From Rotaria sp. (lineage: Eukaryota), in assembly GCA_905250055.1 (NCBI GenBank), contig CAJNOF010000612.1, positions 35,750 to 56,142 of the forward strand: a DNA stretch of 20,393 nt, in the 5' to 3' direction. Made by a program: the position numbers and the translations under genes. Of the stretch, positions 20,323 through 20,393 are shown in pieces (the first letter of the stretch is position 1; every line of letters begins with the position of its first letter). Below the pieces are notes generated by a model. The model had not been told where the DNA came from. It searched no databases and was given only the letters and a program-made list of their open reading frames with translations.

Positions 20323-20393
20323 CCCGGGTGTGGGAGTGGGTGGGTGGGGTGTGTGGGTGTGGGGTGGGTGTGGGTGTGGGTGGGTGTGGGTGT
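20323..20393 (+). repeat. Telomere-like (GGGTGT)n = TGTGGG-type repeat array running off the right edge, G-strand 5'->3'
   Basis: gggtgtgggagtgggtgggtggggtgtgtgggtgtggggtgggtgtgggtgtgggtgggtgtgggtgt, preceded by short AGCCTTA(T/C) reiterations at 20200-20320. Confidence 0.75.

Noticed and set aside
1-20393. Hammerhead-ribozyme core (CUGAUGA...GAAA) expected in Penelope-like element termini near the telomeric tracts
   Set aside because: Only isolated CTGATGA/CTGATGT heptamers were found (2899 inside a PARP exon; 18050-18300 in the 60-bp satellite). None has the paired stems and GAAA at the correct spacing. No ribozyme call is made.

Overview
This is eukaryotic nuclear DNA, AT-rich (roughly 30-35% GC) with short GT-AG introns of 51-73 nt (one of 178 nt). 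It is not a prokaryotic locus.

Left 4.6 kb (1-4561): a minus-strand multi-exon gene for a vault-PARP (PARP4)-like protein. The domain order is BRCT, PARP alpha-helical regulatory, PARP catalytic (H-Y-E residues present), VIT, VWA. The 5' end is complete (ATG at 4559-4561) and the 3' end runs off the window start. I reconstructed thirteen exons by hand from splice signals and reading frame. Exon 10 carries an apparent 1-nt frameshift in an A4/T4 homopolymer.

5.4-6.75 kb: a dead mariner-family DNA transposon on the minus strand. The transposase is full length (about 350 codons) but broken by at least three frameshifts and an internal stop. About 35 bp of terminal inverted repeat is recognisable.

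The remaining ~13.5 kb has no convincing genes and is packed with unrelated repeat families:
- a 154-bp higher-order satellite built from ~51-bp subunits (9.5-10.7 kb);
- three copies of a ~600-bp foldback element made of TTTAAAGT-rich arms (12.1-14.3 kb);
- a 220-bp perfect-ish hairpin (15.1-15.3 kb);
- two blocks densely packed with GGTTTCCGAG/CTCGGAAACC-type palindromic motifs (15.44-16.01 and 17.78-18.00 kb) flanking an 82-bp satellite of 12 copies (16.76-17.75 kb);
- a ~60-bp satellite of 6 copies (18.02-18.35 kb);
- a decayed G+T-rich tract (19.94-20.07 kb).

The window ends in (GGGTGT)n, i.e. TGTGGG-type telomere-like repeats, with the G-strand running 5'->3' off the right edge. The architecture therefore looks subtelomeric. 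TGTGGG repeats, tiny introns, AT-richness and a decayed mariner are what I would expect from a bdelloid-rotifer-like genome, but that is inference only.

The six-frame ORFs listed inside the repeat arrays are compositional artefacts.
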